Shown here in pieces: positions 26,534 through 49,695 of a stretch of 64,000 nucleotides of DNA. The stretch is from Felis catus (taxonomy: Eukaryota). Numbering within the stretch: position 1 is the first letter of the stretch; each line of letters starts with the position of its first letter. The stretch is taken from assembly GCF_018350175.1 (NCBI RefSeq), contig NC_058368.1:92134001-92198000 (forward strand), read 5' to 3'. Both the position numbers and the translations under genes were made by a program. Below the pieces are notes generated by a model. It made no database searches. It saw nothing but the letters and a program-made list of their open reading frames with translations, and was not told the origin of the DNA.

Positions 26534-27929
26534 AAAACAGTATGGTAGCAGCCACTCTGGAAAACAGGATGGAATTTCCTCAAAAAGTTAAAAATAGACC
26601 TACCCTACAATCCAGCAATTGCACTACTAGGTATTTAGGCAGAGGCTACAAAAATACACCTGTGAAGGGATATGTCCACCCGAATGTTTATAGCAGCATT
26701 ATCAACAATAGCCAAAGTGTGGAGAGAACCCAAATGTCCATCACGTCCATTGATGAATGGATAAAGAAGATGCGGTAGATACATACAATGGAATGTTTTT
26801 CGCCATAAAAAAGGAATAAAACCTTGCCATTTGCAACAACATGGATGGACCTAGAGAGTATAATGCTAAGGCAAAAAATACTGTATGATTTCACTCATAT
26901 GTGGAATTTAAGGAACAAAACAGATGAGCAAAGGGGGAAAAACACACAGAGAAATAAAACACGATAACAGAGTCTTACCTAGAGAGAACAAACTGATGGT
27001 TACCAGAAGGGAGTGAAGTGGAGGTTACCAGAAATGGAGGGGATGGGGGGAATAGGTGATGGGGACCAAGGAGGGCTCTTGTCGTGATGAGCACCGGGTG
27101 AATAAAATAAACCTTTGAAAAAACATTGTGGGCTCTGCTTCCTTATTATTTATTCCCTGATAATTCAGCTTAGCCTGATTCAAGTTTCTTTCATTATGCT
27201 CTCAACCTCCAAATGCAAAAAACAACAAAAACCACCATGACCCCAACAACAACAACAACAACAACAACAAATAGAGGAAAACATTTTCCCAACAGAGGCA
27301 GGAAAATTGGCTTTCCAATCAAATAAACTAAAGTTGAATTCAATTCAGGCCCTCACTCTCAGGGTAGATAACTGAAGCAAGTCACTTAACTATAGTCTCA
27401 GTTTTTCCTATAATGTCTAATTTAGGAAGGAAGGAAATACAGATTTAATAATGCCATTATCTTACAATATCTAGCTTATGGTGTTCTACTTATTAAACTA
27501 GACGGGATGCATACAAACAGGCTTAATAGTGACTATAGCTACTGTTTATTGAGCATTACCACATGCCGGACATTGACATGGGTCTCCATGCAGCGTTCGT
27601 AATACTCAAAGCCTTGTTGCAAAGCAGGTAATGCATTTTTGAGATGAGGAAAATCTCCATTTTGCAGATGGAGATTAAGCAATTCACCCAAGGTCAGAAA
27701 GCCTGCAGTGTGCATTAAAGTCCCCTACATATGAGAGATGGCCATCCTCAATGATATTCCTGCAATTCGTAGAGAACTTTTTGAACAGGACCCATCTGGT
27801 TTTACTAGCCACCTTGGGTTAATCCTTGTATGACAAGTGAGTCTGATAATTTATAAATATCTGGAAAGGGGTGAACTTAATTTGGATAGACATTATTTTT
27901 TTTAAGTGTCAAAAAAAAAAAAAAAGAAA

Positions 27930-29300
27930 AAAAGAAAACAGTACAGAATCACCCAACAATAGCAGAGTATATATTCTTCTCAAGTACATGTGGAAACTTC
28001 TCTGGAGGAGACCGTGTGCGAGGCCAGTATACTGGAAAGCACCTTCTCTGACCACTATAGAGGGAAATTAGAAATTAATAACAGAAGGGGATTTGGAGAT
28101 TTCACAAAGTAAATAACACATGCTTATATAACCAATTAGCCAGAGAAGAAATCACAAGAGAAACTAGAACACAGTTTGAGATGAATGGAAGAGAAAATGT
28201 AACATGCCAACATTTATGGTTGTAGCCAACACACAGCTCCAGGGAAACCTATAGCTGTAAACAATAAATATTAATAAAGGAAAATATTTCAAATCAATAA
28301 CCTAACTTTGTACATGAAGACACTGGAAAAAGAAGAGTGAGATATCCAAAGTGAGCAGGAGGAAGGAGATAATTAGGATTAGAGTCAAAATTAAGGATAT
28401 AAAGAATAGAAAAATTGAGAACATCAATGGAGCCAAACCTTGGTTCTTTGAAAGGACTACCAAAATTATCAAACCTTTAGACTGATTGGGAGAAGGGGTT
28501 GAGGGGGCTTTAAGAGAGAAAGAAGGAGAGGGGCACCTGGGTGGCTCAGTGGGTTATGCATCTGACCCTTGATTTCGGCTCAGTCATGATCTTGCGGTTG
28601 GTGAGTTCGAGCCCTGCATCCGGCTCTGTGCTGACAGCTCAGAGCCTGCTTGGGATCCTCTCTCTCTCTCTCTCTGCCCCTTCCCTGCTCGCGTGTGCTC
28701 ACTCTTTCTCTCAAAATAAATAAATAAAAACTTAAAAAAAAGAAATTAAAGACAATATGGACAAATGGAAACATACCCTGTATTTGTGGATTGAATGCTC
28801 AATATCGTTAAGATGGCAGTTATCCAAATTGACATACAGAATCAGTGTTACTCCTATCAAAATTCCACTTCTTCCCCCAGGCCTCTGAAATTGATAAACT
28901 GATCCTAGAATCCGCATGGATGCCAGGGACCCAAAATAGCTAAAACAATCTTGCAAAGAACACAGCTGGAGGACTCACACTTCCCAATTTTAAAACGTAC
29001 TATAAAGCTACAATAATCAGAACAGAACAGCACTGGCATGAGGACAGACATATAGAATTGGGAGTCCAGAAATAGAGTCTTACCTCTAGGGTCAATTGAT
29101 TTTCAACAGTTGTCAGCCAAGACAATTAAATGGTGGAAAGAATAGTCTTTTCAACACACCGACGCTGGGAAAACTGGATGTCCGTATGCAAAAGAATGAC
29201 GTTGGACCCCTACCTCAGACCATTATGCAAAAATTAAAATGGACCGCAGACCTTAATTTAAGGGCAAAAATGATAAAACTCTTAAAAGAAAACCAAGGTG
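27930..29300 (+). mobile_element. Old L1 ORF2 fragments
   Basis: Degenerate A-rich ORF2-like sequence interrupted by a SINE at ~28530-28740. Confidence 0.65.
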
Positions 29301-29610
29301 CCACATAAACCTAGTTGTAGTGGAAAGGGGTTTATTTTACATTTATGGCTCCTCGAGAGATTTCAGGAGCTCTTGAGGACAAGAGACCAAATATTACAAC
29401 AAAAGATGGTCCCAATCCTCTTATTACTCAGGAAATGCCAAAGGTTTTTATGAGCTGTGTGAGCCAGGAACCATGGAACGAAGGCCAGATATTTGAGAAG
29501 AAATATCTTTTGGTCATCTGAATATGTATATTTCTTTTTTTTTTTAAGTTTATTTATTTATTTTGAGAGTGTGCATGCATGCGCATGTGCGTGTGAACAA
29601 GTGGGAGAGG

Positions 29611-29656
<46 letters not shown>

Positions 29657-29810
29657 ATCCCAAGCACTGACAGTGCTGAGCCCAACATGGGGCTTGAACT
29701 CACGAACTGCGAGATCATGACCTGAGCCGAAGTAGGACGCTTAATTCACTGAGCCACCCAGGTGCTCCCCAAATGTATATATACTTCTGATAAATCGCAA
29801 TATCCCAAGC
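29300..29810 (+). mobile_element. LTR fragment (MER21-like) interrupted by a SINE
   Basis: ttattactcaggaaatgccaaaggtttt...gagccaggaacc...aaatcgcaatatc resembles MER21-type LTR 3' ends. Confidence 0.45.
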
Positions 29811-29937
29811 CCTTCACATAGGAGTCATAGTTATTTTAAACGTCCTGAGGATTCCAAAATCTGTGTCATATCTGAGTTTGGTGCTGATTCTTGCTCTCGT
29901 CTTCAGTCTGTTTTTAATTTCTTTTTTTTTCTTTTTC

Positions 29938-30069
<132 letters not shown>

Positions 30070-31067
30070 TTAGCATGGCTTGAAATGCAGGATTTGTTGG
30101 GTAAAGGGACTGATATAGACATTTAATGTGAGGTCTGATGCTAGTCTGGCTAGGATTCGGACTGGTTTGATGTTTAACTGTAGCTTTAGGTGCCAGTGGC
30201 TTTAAGTTCTTCTAGTGTCCTTGTTTGTTTCTTTCCCTCTGCAGTCTTTGACTTTCTCCAAGAGCTTTTTATCTTTTTTAAAAAAATTTTATGTTGTCTT
30301 TTAAATTTTTTATTTTATTGCATTATTTTTTAAAGATTTTTAAAAATGTTTATTTTTGAGAGACAGAGAAAGAGTGCAGGTGGGGGAGGGACAGAGAGAG
30401 CCTGGGAGACAGAGGGTCCGCAGCAGGCTCCAGGCTCTGAGCTGCCAACAGTGAGCCCCATGCTGGGCTTGAACTCATAAACCATGAGATCATGACTTGG
30501 GCCGAAGTTGAATACTTAACCGACTGAGCCACCCAGGTGCCCTATTTTTTATTTTTGAGAGAGAGAGTGAGGGAGAGAGGATCTCAAGCAGGCTGCAAGC
30601 TGAGCGTGATTTGGGGCTTGATCCCATGACCCTGGGATCATGACCTGGGCCAAAATTGAGAGTCAGACACTCAACCAACTGAACCACCCAGGAGCTCCTC
30701 TCCAAGAACTTTCTAAAAGCAGTCTGCGCCCTGAAGCTCTTTCAGCTGTAACTTGCTATTGTCATGCTGGAGGCTTATTGACTTGGTGGCAAGGGGTTAA
30801 GGAAAGGGAAAGCATTTTATAATTTTATGATGAAATCTCAGTATTCTGGTGGGTCTGTGTCTCTGGGCTGTGACATTCACAGGTGTCTCAGCTTTGTCCC
30901 CTCTTACTTGGGTGAGGCAGAAAAGCTAGTAGGAACTGCAGTTGGGTAACTGTCCTTAGCCCCACCCTCCCGTGAGAAAAATAAGGCTCTGGAGAGCAGG
31001 CTTTTGTCAGGGAGACTGCTCTGGCTATGTTTTTAAACATTTTTTGTTTTTATTTTATTTTTTTTTT

Positions 31068-31121
<54 letters not shown>

Positions 31122-34100
31122 ATCTGAAGCAGCCTCCAGGCTCTGAGCTGTCAGCACAGAGCCTGATGCGGGGCTTGAACTCATAAACTGTGAGATTACT
31201 ACCTGAGATAAAGTCTGCCGCCCAACCTACGGACCCACCCAGGTGCCCCAGGGTGTATTTTGAAATGGTTACTTTCCCCTCTCTTCTGCTAAAGACAGGA
31301 GGGGACTTTCCTTGGCTCTTGGCCACGCTCCTCAGCCTTCACCGATTGGTCAAAATTACAACAAAAGTACCCCTACCAAACTGTGGCCCCAGCAGCTTTG
31401 CTCTAGGTTAGCCGATCTCGGCTGTATTTGCCAGTCTGTCCAGATTTGGAGGGTGGCAGTTTGCGTCACTTCTCTGCTGGGTTCAAGAAAAGTGGTTGCT
31501 TTCTGGTTTGTTCCTGTTGTGAAAGTGGGAGTGACGGACCTCCTCAAACCCTTTCTGGGAGGAAGCTGAAAGTGAAGTTGCTTTTCCTTTGGTTTGTCCT
31601 TTAAAACAAAAACAAAAACAAAAACAAAAACAAAAAGCCCTCAAGGCATGAGGGCTGAGAGGGCAACAGGGCTAGAGATCTCCATTTGGCCTTTTGGGAA
31701 AGAGTGTGCGGGGAGGCAGACCCTCCATGAAGGAAGGGCTTAGTCTGGCTTCATCATCCCTTTTTTAGATTAATTTTTTTAAAAACTTATTTTGAGAGAG
31801 AGAGGGAGAAGGGATAGAGAGAGAGAATCCCAAGCGGGCTTTGCACTGTCAGCACAGCTGTGCTCAAACTTATGAAATGGGGGATCATGACCTGAGCTGA
31901 AATCAAGAGTCCAATGCTCAACCAACTGAGCCCCCCAGGCGCCCCAGGATTCATCCTCTCTTATTCAGCCTAAGTGCTCCCTCCAGACTCCATCCTCCAA
32001 CCCCCTGCACCAGCACCCAAGGATCTTTCTGTAACAGAGACCTAACCATAACTGTCTCCTTGCTCAGACCCTCCCCTGCTTGGAAACTCCTGCACCTGCG
32101 GAATAATGTACGCGGTGCTCAGCGTGGCCTTCACAGATCCTCATGGGTCACCTTAAGCTTTCCTCTGCCGCCCACCTCCTCTGACTCCTATACTGTATTG
32201 GGGTACCAGGGACACCCCAAATTGCTTCCAAGCCCCTCAGCGTGACACACTGCTCCGGTGTCTCTGCCTCGCACTTGCTGATCCCTCTGGAACCCTTCCC
32301 ATCATGACTGCAATGACTCCACCAGCAAGACCCCGCCTCCTTGGGGAGGCCTTCCCAAAGCCCCAAGTATATTCCTCAGACACAGTGCCATGCTGTGGAT
32401 CCTGCTGATGCCCCAAGGGACCACTCCAGCAGCCAAATCTCCATCTTACTCCAGGCAGAGGATGCATGGGGCAGACACTCTGTCTCTCCCCCAAGGTTCT
32501 GCTTTTGTCCCAGGGTGGGGAGAGGTACCAGATCTCGTTGGTCAGCCCTCCCCATCAGTCCTCCCCAGCTGGGAAGAGGAGGAGGGAAGGTCTGGAAGGG
32601 AAGGAGCCTCTGTGCATTGGCACCTACTGTACAGGCCAGGGATGAAGGAATCTGGCTCCGAAGCCACGGTCGTGGGGTTCAGATCCCAAGCTCCATCAAG
32701 TATCACCTCTCTGACCCTGGCAAGCTACTTATCTATGCTTCATCATTGTCCTCCATAAAACAGGTTAATAAATAGGACCTAGCTTAGCTAGAGGGAGGCC
32801 CCATGAGATAATGCAACATAAAGAGTCCTGTACGTGGTGAATGCTCGACTAGTGCCTGCTTGTTATAGTTGCTATTACAGCCACCATGTTGGACAAGTGC
32901 CGTGGCAGGTATTGCTACGTCCAGGGCTGATCTCATCCACGCCCGGGCCAGCAACACGGGGATGTTAGTCCCCCTCCATGGAGCCACGGAAGCACCAAGG
33001 TGCTCTGGCATTTGCAGAGCTGTCTGCTTCTTCCCCCTGCCAGGCACCGCTCAGCCCTCTCCTACTCTCCTGGAGAGACCCCCCGGGGGGAGGCCTAGGC
33101 TGGGGAGGGAGGGAGGCTGTGGATTCAGGCTGCAACAGGCCCGGGCTGGGTGCTTACAGGCTCCTTGAAGGAGGTGGTGGCAGTGACCACGGGGGGTGGG
33201 GGACCACACGGTTGGAGTTGCGCCCCAGTCCAGGCTCAGGCAGTGGATCCTGCTTTTCTTCTGTTCATTCTATGCCCTCCATGCAGATGGCGAGGAGGGT
33301 CTCCTCATCCTTTTAGGTCTTGCTACAAGCCAGGGAGAGAAGTGTGCAGAGCTGGGGGCTTTGACGTCACATCCATTCACACCAACACCAAAGAGGCTGC
33401 TGTTCTGCCTCCACGCTATGTTAAGTCCAAGATGATGCAGCCGGGGTTGTCCAGAGACTGGCACACAGGGAGCGCTTCGTTCCCCTCTCTTGGGCCTCAA
33501 GGTTGAGAAAGCCCCTCCCAGCACCCCTGCACTGTAATTAGTCCATCTGCCCCTCACTGTACTGAGAGAAGCTGAATTGCTGGGCGAGGTCAGTTGAGGA
33601 TATGGAACCTCTGTTGTACATCTGAACAGATACACTACTCCATTATGCTGTGCTCGGGTGGTGCAGTGCGCAACGCACACAACTGCACCCAGCAGCACTG
33701 AGATCACCCTCTGAGGGGTAGTCATTTTGGAGCACAGCTGTTGAATCCATCCTCCTGAACTTTGGGACTTCAATCCCTTCCTCTAGCATTTAGGGTGTCC
33801 TATTTATTGTTAACCAAACCACCCTTAACCAGTCCCCAGACTCCTTTGACCACTGGCCCAAATCTTTGGCAGTCAAATGCCTTGAAGGAATGATCTGCCT
33901 TGCAGAGCCCCTCACCTCCCACTCTTGTTGGTCCCCGGCTTCCCTCCAGATAATTCCTCCAAGGTCACTCCCCAGTTCCATGGTCTCCCTCGGCTCCCCT
34001 CCTTCACCTCTCCTGGACATCGTGTGATCAGTGGTAATCTGCCCACATGCGGGGAACACTGAAGGATGCTCCTGCCTTTCATCTTCTCCCTCTCGCCTCA

Positions 34101-34874
34101 GAAACGTGGTCCTCCCACCCTCAAGCTATGACCAAGTCCTTGCTACCACATTTTGCCTACCCCGAGTCTGGTCCCGTGGGTCTAGTTCTGTCTCAGTGTG
34201 GCAGAATGAAGCCACCCCCACCCTAGAGTCAGAGCCCACCACGACCTGAGGGGGGCAGACTGCCCAGAAGGGCAGCGAAGCCTGGAGGGCTGTGGGAGGT
34301 GGCAGGAACCTTGGCCTTCGGCGTCTCTCCCACCTGAGGCTCCCCTGACCTTGGCGTCCCCAGCCCTGCCCTACCCCCCTACCAGCTTATAACTAAGAGA
34401 GGTGCCATCTTTTTCCCCCGTCCCCTTCCGCTCAGCCCCAGGTGACAAACTGGTGGTCCATGACACATTTGTTCGGCACGCCACTCTTTTCTGAAGTTTC
34501 AGTTAGCTGCTATCATTTAAAAACTAACTGATTTCACTCAGGAATCCAGAATTCAAGTTTCTTTTTGAGAACTCAGAAGATCTGGCCCACCCCAGGCCCG
34601 CATTCCTGCATGGTGATAGCCAGAGAGAGCTGGTCTCGGCTGTTCCCTTTCTGTGAGGCTTGCACAGAAACCTGCAGTTTTAACCCTCTGCATTGTCCTG
34701 GCCACCCATGTCAGCGGCCTGGCTTCAGAACTGCATCTTGGCACGAGGCCATCCGTCCAGGGGAAGGAAAAGCCCTTAGGTGTGGGCTTGCGAAGACGGG
34801 GAGAGCAGGGCGAGCAGGAAGGCGGGGCGGACAGTCCCAGGTGAGAGCCACGTCCCAGTCTCTCTCCATCACTC

Positions 34875-34880
34875 TTTATT
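34875..34880 (-). terminator. Candidate B4GALT7 polyadenylation signal (AATAAA); a second candidate lies at 33803-33808
   Basis: tttatt on the plus strand ~210 nt downstream of the stop codon; actual usage unknown. Confidence 0.4.
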
Positions 34881-35090
34881 GCTAGCAGCGTCCCAGGCAC
34901 CCTGTGTGTGTCCTGTCCTGGCTCAAGCCCACCTCTGGGGGCTGGGCTGCTGCAAATGTGCGGCTTGCGGTCCGCTGCTTCAGGCCACCCCACATCCTAG
35001 GGGAGGTGGGCCCCGGGGCCTGAGGCTTTATCCAGAGCCTGAGTAAGCAGTGTGGCCTGTGGGCACAGGCTTCCTTACTGTCCAGCTGGC

Positions 35091-44157
<9,067 letters not shown>

Positions 44158-46840
44158 CGTGGGGGGAGGTGGCGGCGCATGGGACTCGAGCTCCCAGCCG
44201 GGCCGGCCCGGCCTCCCGGGCCTACGCGGCGCCTCCGCCTCCCGCCCCGCCCCGGCCAGTCCGCCCCGCCCCTCGGTCCGCCGGGTCCGCCGCTCCAGCC
44301 GCGCCGTGTGCTCCCGGGAGCCGCAGCTTCAAAGGTTCCGCGTTCCAGGACCGCTTGAGTGCTCCTGTCGCCGGACCTCTAACTGCCCACTGGGGGGAAC
44401 TGCTTGTTCTCCCGGGAAACCGAGACCTCAGAGGGGGCTCACGTCACTGGGCCGGTACTGTACTTAGACTCCAGATTTCCAGCGCTCTGGCATGATCTGT
44501 ATCTCCGTCCTGCCGCCCCCTCCTCCTCCCTTCTCGGGCCCAGGTGGTCCATGCTTCCTCCCGTAGCAAGATCGGAGGGTGGCAAGGCCAAGCTCTGGAC
44601 TCCGACTTGGGTTCAGCCCAGACCCCACGTAGTGGTTAGGAGCCAAGCACTGCAGACAGACTGACTGGATTCGAAACCTGATTCTGCCAGTTCGGCTGTG
44701 TTTAGAGGGCAAGCACAATCTCTTGGCATCTTTCCTCACTGGCATGTATAAATAGTTCCTGAGCTACACGTTGCTGTGAGGGTTAATGGAGAACGTAACA
44801 TGCAAGGATACTTGGCACAGTGCTGGGCACATAGGCAACGCTATGTAAACGATGGCCCTTACACAGAAGAGGGGTACTTGGGTGGGGTTGTTTGAAGGGG
44901 GAGGAAGATTGGGTTCTTAGATCCGTCCTGGCACAGTGTGAACCTAGTTGGCTGGGCCAGCCTCCCACCTGGGAAAAGACGGCAGCAGAGTCCCTAGGCT
45001 TGATCTCCGCTCTTCGGAAAATGTTAAGTTCCCTCATAAATAGCTAACATCTATTGAGCTCTTACTATGTGCCCGTCATTGTTCGAAGTTGCTTACTGCT
45101 GTTCTCTCATTCAGTCCTTATGGGTAGTGTACTTACTATGCCCACTTTAAAAATGAGGAAATGAAGACACAGGCAATTCAGGGTGTAAACCAAGATACTT
45201 TGTACAATCTACGGCCTCAACCACTGTGCTTTCAAAAGGACTTTACTGTGAGAAATTAATCATCCCCAGCGACGCCCATTCTCCCTTAAACCCAGCATAC
45301 AACCGACCAAAGAAGGACCTTACTGCTGAACTGTGCCATTGCACTGCACTCTGTAACAGAACTTTGGCAAATCCAGCCCAGGTTTGGCTGGTGACAAAGG
45401 CAAGGCTGACCCCCTGAAGAGACCAGTCAGTGGGGTGAGGCCAATAATGGAAGCAGGGAGGTGGGACTGTGACCTTTGAAAGCACAAGCCCTTCTAAAGG
45501 GGAACAGCTGCCCTTCAGTCTTGCTAATTGTTGTTACATCAGAATGAAGCCCCACTAGCGTCAGATCTGATTTGCCTCAAGAAATCAGATTTCACATAAA
45601 AATCCTAATTAGTTTTAAACAGTGACACCCACAATCATGTTAATAATAAGCACCCTTGGTATGATGGGATGAGAATGGCACCTTTATGGCCTTTCAAAAA
45701 CCCAGAATTCCAGTTCAATCATGAGAAAAACAGCAGACAAATCCCAATTGAGGGAATTCTACAAGATACCTGAACAGTACTCCTAAAAACTGTCAAGGTA
45801 ATAAAAAACAAGGCAAGTCTGAGAAACCGTCACAGCCAAGGAGGGGTGAAATGTAACTTGTCCTGGATGGGATCCTGGGACAGAAAAAAGGGCATTAGGC
45901 AACAGCTAAGAAACTCTGCATACTCTATGGGCTTTAGTTAAAAATAACGTATTGGGAGCCTGGCTGGCTCAATAGCGTGCAACTCTTGATCTTGGAGTCC
46001 TGAGTTTGAGCCCCATGTGGGGTGTAGGGATTACTTAAATAAAACTAAGATAATGTATCAATACTGTTTCATTAACTTGAACACTTGTACCATTCTGGTG
46101 CATGACAATAGGGAGAACTAACATCATGAATTTTCTGTAACGCTAAGGCTATTCTAAACAAATTTTTTGTTTTTATTGTGGAAGAGGTCTAGGAGGTAGT
46201 ATGAGGTCAGACCATATCCCCTTGTCAGTTCAAGTAGTCCACAGCCTGGCCTCCTCAGCCTGTCTCTTTCTCACACCCTGCTGGATTCACCTTCCTCAAA
46301 TTTATCTTCGGTTCTTGTACCCAAAACTGTGTCAAACACTGGGTAATATGCGAGTCTCTTCTAACTCTAACCAACCTCCCTTAACGGCTTCCTCAGCCCC
46401 CTCCCTAAACTCCAGTGGAAACCATGTCCATCCACCTCCATGCCAGCCATCTGCCAGGGCTTCCAACCACGGCTGCTCTGCCTTCTTACATCCGAATCCT
46501 TCTCCTTCAAGGTCCTCCTGAAATCCCATTCTGTTGGTTAAGACCATCTACATCCTCATCCCCACCAGCCCAAGGATTTCTGTCCTTCCCAAACCCGCAG
46601 TGCTCTTCTGTTCAATGCACACTACCTTCCTGAACAAGGCACCAACCCCCCACCATTCACTTGTTTTATGCTCTTGGGCAAACCCACTATCCCCTGCTAC
46701 AGAAAGGTAAAGAGGGGAGGGAAAGAATGAACTTCACAGGTGGGTATTCATCTTAGAATGTTAAGTGCTTTGCATAGAAGAACTGACGTTCCCTGAGCAC
46801 CTCGGTGGCACAGTCACTTTATGTGGGACAAGCGAATTTT

Positions 46841-46853
46841 TTTATTTTTTATT
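46841..46853 (-). terminator. TMED9 polyadenylation signal (two adjacent AATAAA hexamers)
   Basis: tttatt at 46841-46846 and 46848-46853, ~700 nt after the stop codon. Confidence 0.7.
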
Positions 46854-47543
46854 GGGAAACCAATGTAACAAACCTAGACTTGTTGAAAATGAAATCAGTA
46901 ACTAAGACTTTGCAGGCCCCATCCCCAGCCAGCACCAAGGCCTCTGCCTGGCCTGACCCCAGTTCCTCAAGCCCCCAAAAGGACAAACATGTTGAGAAGC
47001 TGAGGTCAACCTCAGGGCTAGTTTCCCACACTGCAACCCCCTCAACCCCACCCTCCATTGACACACATACCCTGGATCTGCAGTCTGGGTCTAGGCCCAA
47101 GGAGGGTACAGTGAGGTTCCCAGGGTGGCAGGGAATCATGGCCACACCCCAACCTGCTCAAATCCCAAGTTAGCAAAGGAAGACAGAAAAAAGACTGGCG
47201 TGCCTACCCACTCCCCCCTCCCCAGCCACCCCAGACAACAGCCTCACATCCCTGATCAGTAACACTGTGATTCTGAGGTGCCAATGGGGCTCCTAGTGGC
47301 TTCACCAGACCCTGGGTGATTACTGCAAAGGGCTTAGAGCCCAGGGGAGGGGACAGGCATTGCCCCACCACCTGCTCAGTATTAGCCAGCCAAGCTCCTG
47401 CCCTAAACTTGTGCCTGGGGTGCCTGTAGCCCCTTTCCCCTCCAGACATCCATGGCTCGGAACCAGTCCTCCTGCTAGAGAGAAATCAGTTCCAGGAGGC
47501 CCTTTCTCCCCCAGCCCGGGAGGAAGGATGGCCTGTGAGCTGG

Positions 47544-47693
47544 CTACACCAGCTTCTTCGCTTCAAAGAAGCTCTTGAGGTGTCGCATCTGCCAGACGCC
47601 GATGGCTACGAGGATGAGGGTCTGCAGAATGGACCACCACAGCACCCGCTGGTTGGTGCTCTCGCTGGTCTGCCGGAAACGCTCCTCTCGCCA
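47544..47693 (-). CDS. TMED9: TMED9 coding exon 5 (terminal)
   Basis: Encodes [49 protein letters not shown] then TAG. Confidence 0.95.
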   Translation of the reverse strand, partial: WREERFRQTSESTNQRVLWWSILQTLILVAIGVWQMRHLKSFFEAKKLV

Positions 47694-49664
47694 CTGTGGG
47701 AGGGGAGAGCGGAAGAGGAGCTTAAGTTTGCTGGGCACCACCTGGCGCCACTCTAACTGCTGGGTTCCCTTTGCAGAGGATGCCCCAGAATCAAGGAGCT
47801 ATGCCCAGGTTCCAATCAAATGTCTGCAAAGAGCCAGAGACCCCACCTGGGGACTGTATTCATCCTCCCCAGCCAGATGACCTCCAGGAACCCACTCATT
47901 TAAGTCTGTTTGCTTGGGGGTGCCTGGCTGGCTCAGCTGGTAGAGCATGCAACTCTTGGGGTTGAAGTTCCACATTGGGCATGCAGCCTACTTCAAACCA
48001 ACCAACCAACAACCTCTGTCTGCTCATGTGTCAGGTACAGTCCTCCCCGGTCCTCTCCTAGAGCCAGTGGGGGGAGGGAGGGCGGGGGGGAGGGGAGGTG
48101 AAGTGCCAGTAGTATCACCCCATCAGACAGAGCTGCCCTATAGCACTCAGGAGTGCACGTGCTCTAAGCTTTCTGCCCAGGTCTTCCCCAACTGCTCCTC
48201 GAGGATTGTGGGCACAAGTTGCAAACTGGTGGCCCAGTGGCTGGATGTGTTTTGCCAATAGTTAAAACCTGGTAAAAATTCACATCAAAACACTTGGATC
48301 TCTAGCTCCTCTTAAAAGACAGGGTAGCGTATCTATCTGCAAGGCTACCCTGGGTTGACAATTAACCGAGGCCACTGAGGATTAGACACACAACAGTCCT
48401 TATGGTCACAGATTCATTCATGGTACCGCCTGGCTCCTGGACACAATTGAGTTTGAAATAGCTGGTCCTGGAAGCACCTGGAGCCATGGAAATAACACCC
48501 AAGGTATTAATATCAATTCCCGCTCTGTCACTGTGTACATGTAACTGGGATTTAGAGCAATGATAGCCTCTCAAGAGCCTGTCTCCTTGGTTACACACTG
48601 GAGTTAGTGATCCCCACCCCACCTTTTAGACTTGCAAAGCGGCACAGTTAAGTCCCCTGGCTTTCATAATGAATCTGACACACATGCCACTCCTGGCTGA
48701 GCCAGGGGAAGGCTTCTGGGAAGAAGCCCACCCAGGAGCTCCTGGCCCAACCACATACCCGTTGGTAGTTCTGCTCTTTCTGGATCTGCTCCACTTGCTC
48801 CACCAGCTGTCTCACTCGTAGCTGCAGCTCACTCAACTTGTCTTTGGCGGCAATTTCTGCGTAGTCGTTGGCGTGTTCACCCACCTGGATGTCCAGGTGA
48901 ACTCTCTGGGGACGGACAAGGGAGAGAAAAAGAAATCGGGCAGCCCTGCTCCATCTTCCTGCCAGGCACTGACAGCTGGTCCCCCTACCTTCCTTCATTT
49001 GTGCATTTCGTCCAGTGCTGAGGCCTCCACAGTGTCCAGCCCTATGGGGCTCTAGGCAAACAGGCATGAATAAACTTGGCTGACACTTGGACCAAGGCAC
49101 ATACAAGGAGTTCAGGGACTGTGCCCAGATGTTCAGCGAAAACCCAAAATTATTAGGAGACACAAAATCCGCCACACTCATCTCACACCCAAAGCACTGC
49201 CAGTCTCCAGGCCCCACCAGGGTTTAGAGGTTGAAAGCTACGAGTCCCATGTGGGTCCACTCACCAGCATGCCTCCAGCAAAAAGGGAGAACTTGGTGGA
49301 ATTGGAGTGAAGACAGATCTGGTGTTCGCCGGGGGTATGGGAGGTGAAAGTGAACCTGCCTTCAGAGCCATACTGCCGGGCCAGGATCACCTGGAGACAA
49401 AAGCCTTCAGTGAGTGTTATAGAAAGGATGGGGCTGGAAGGAAAGAAGTCTTAAGGCTCTCTGAGCCTCAAAAGTTAGCCAACAGAGACATAGGCACCCC
49501 ACACACTAAAAGCTCCAAAGCTGCTCGGCGGTAGTTGCCAAAGCTTAGCTGAGAACTTCTGGGGGCAGGGGTGAAGAATCTAAAATGAAGCTGATGTGGG
49601 TCTGCGGTTGGAAAGGGCTCTTTATTCAGAGCTCCTGCCATTTCAACTCTTTTTTGTGTGTGGT

Positions 49665-49695
<31 letters not shown>

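Larger units (their letters stand above)
24549..27124 (+). mobile_element. 5'-truncated older carnivore L1 with an internal deletion and three nested SINEs
   Basis: ORF2 RT fragments ([14 protein letters not shown]), 3' UTR; TSD attgtgggctct at 24537-24548 and 27125-27136. Confidence 0.88.

Noticed and set aside
33640..33700. Short inverted repeat (ggtgcagt...actgcacc) as a possible structured RNA
   Set aside because: Resembles a MER91-like hAT transposon remnant; too short and imperfect to support an ncRNA call.
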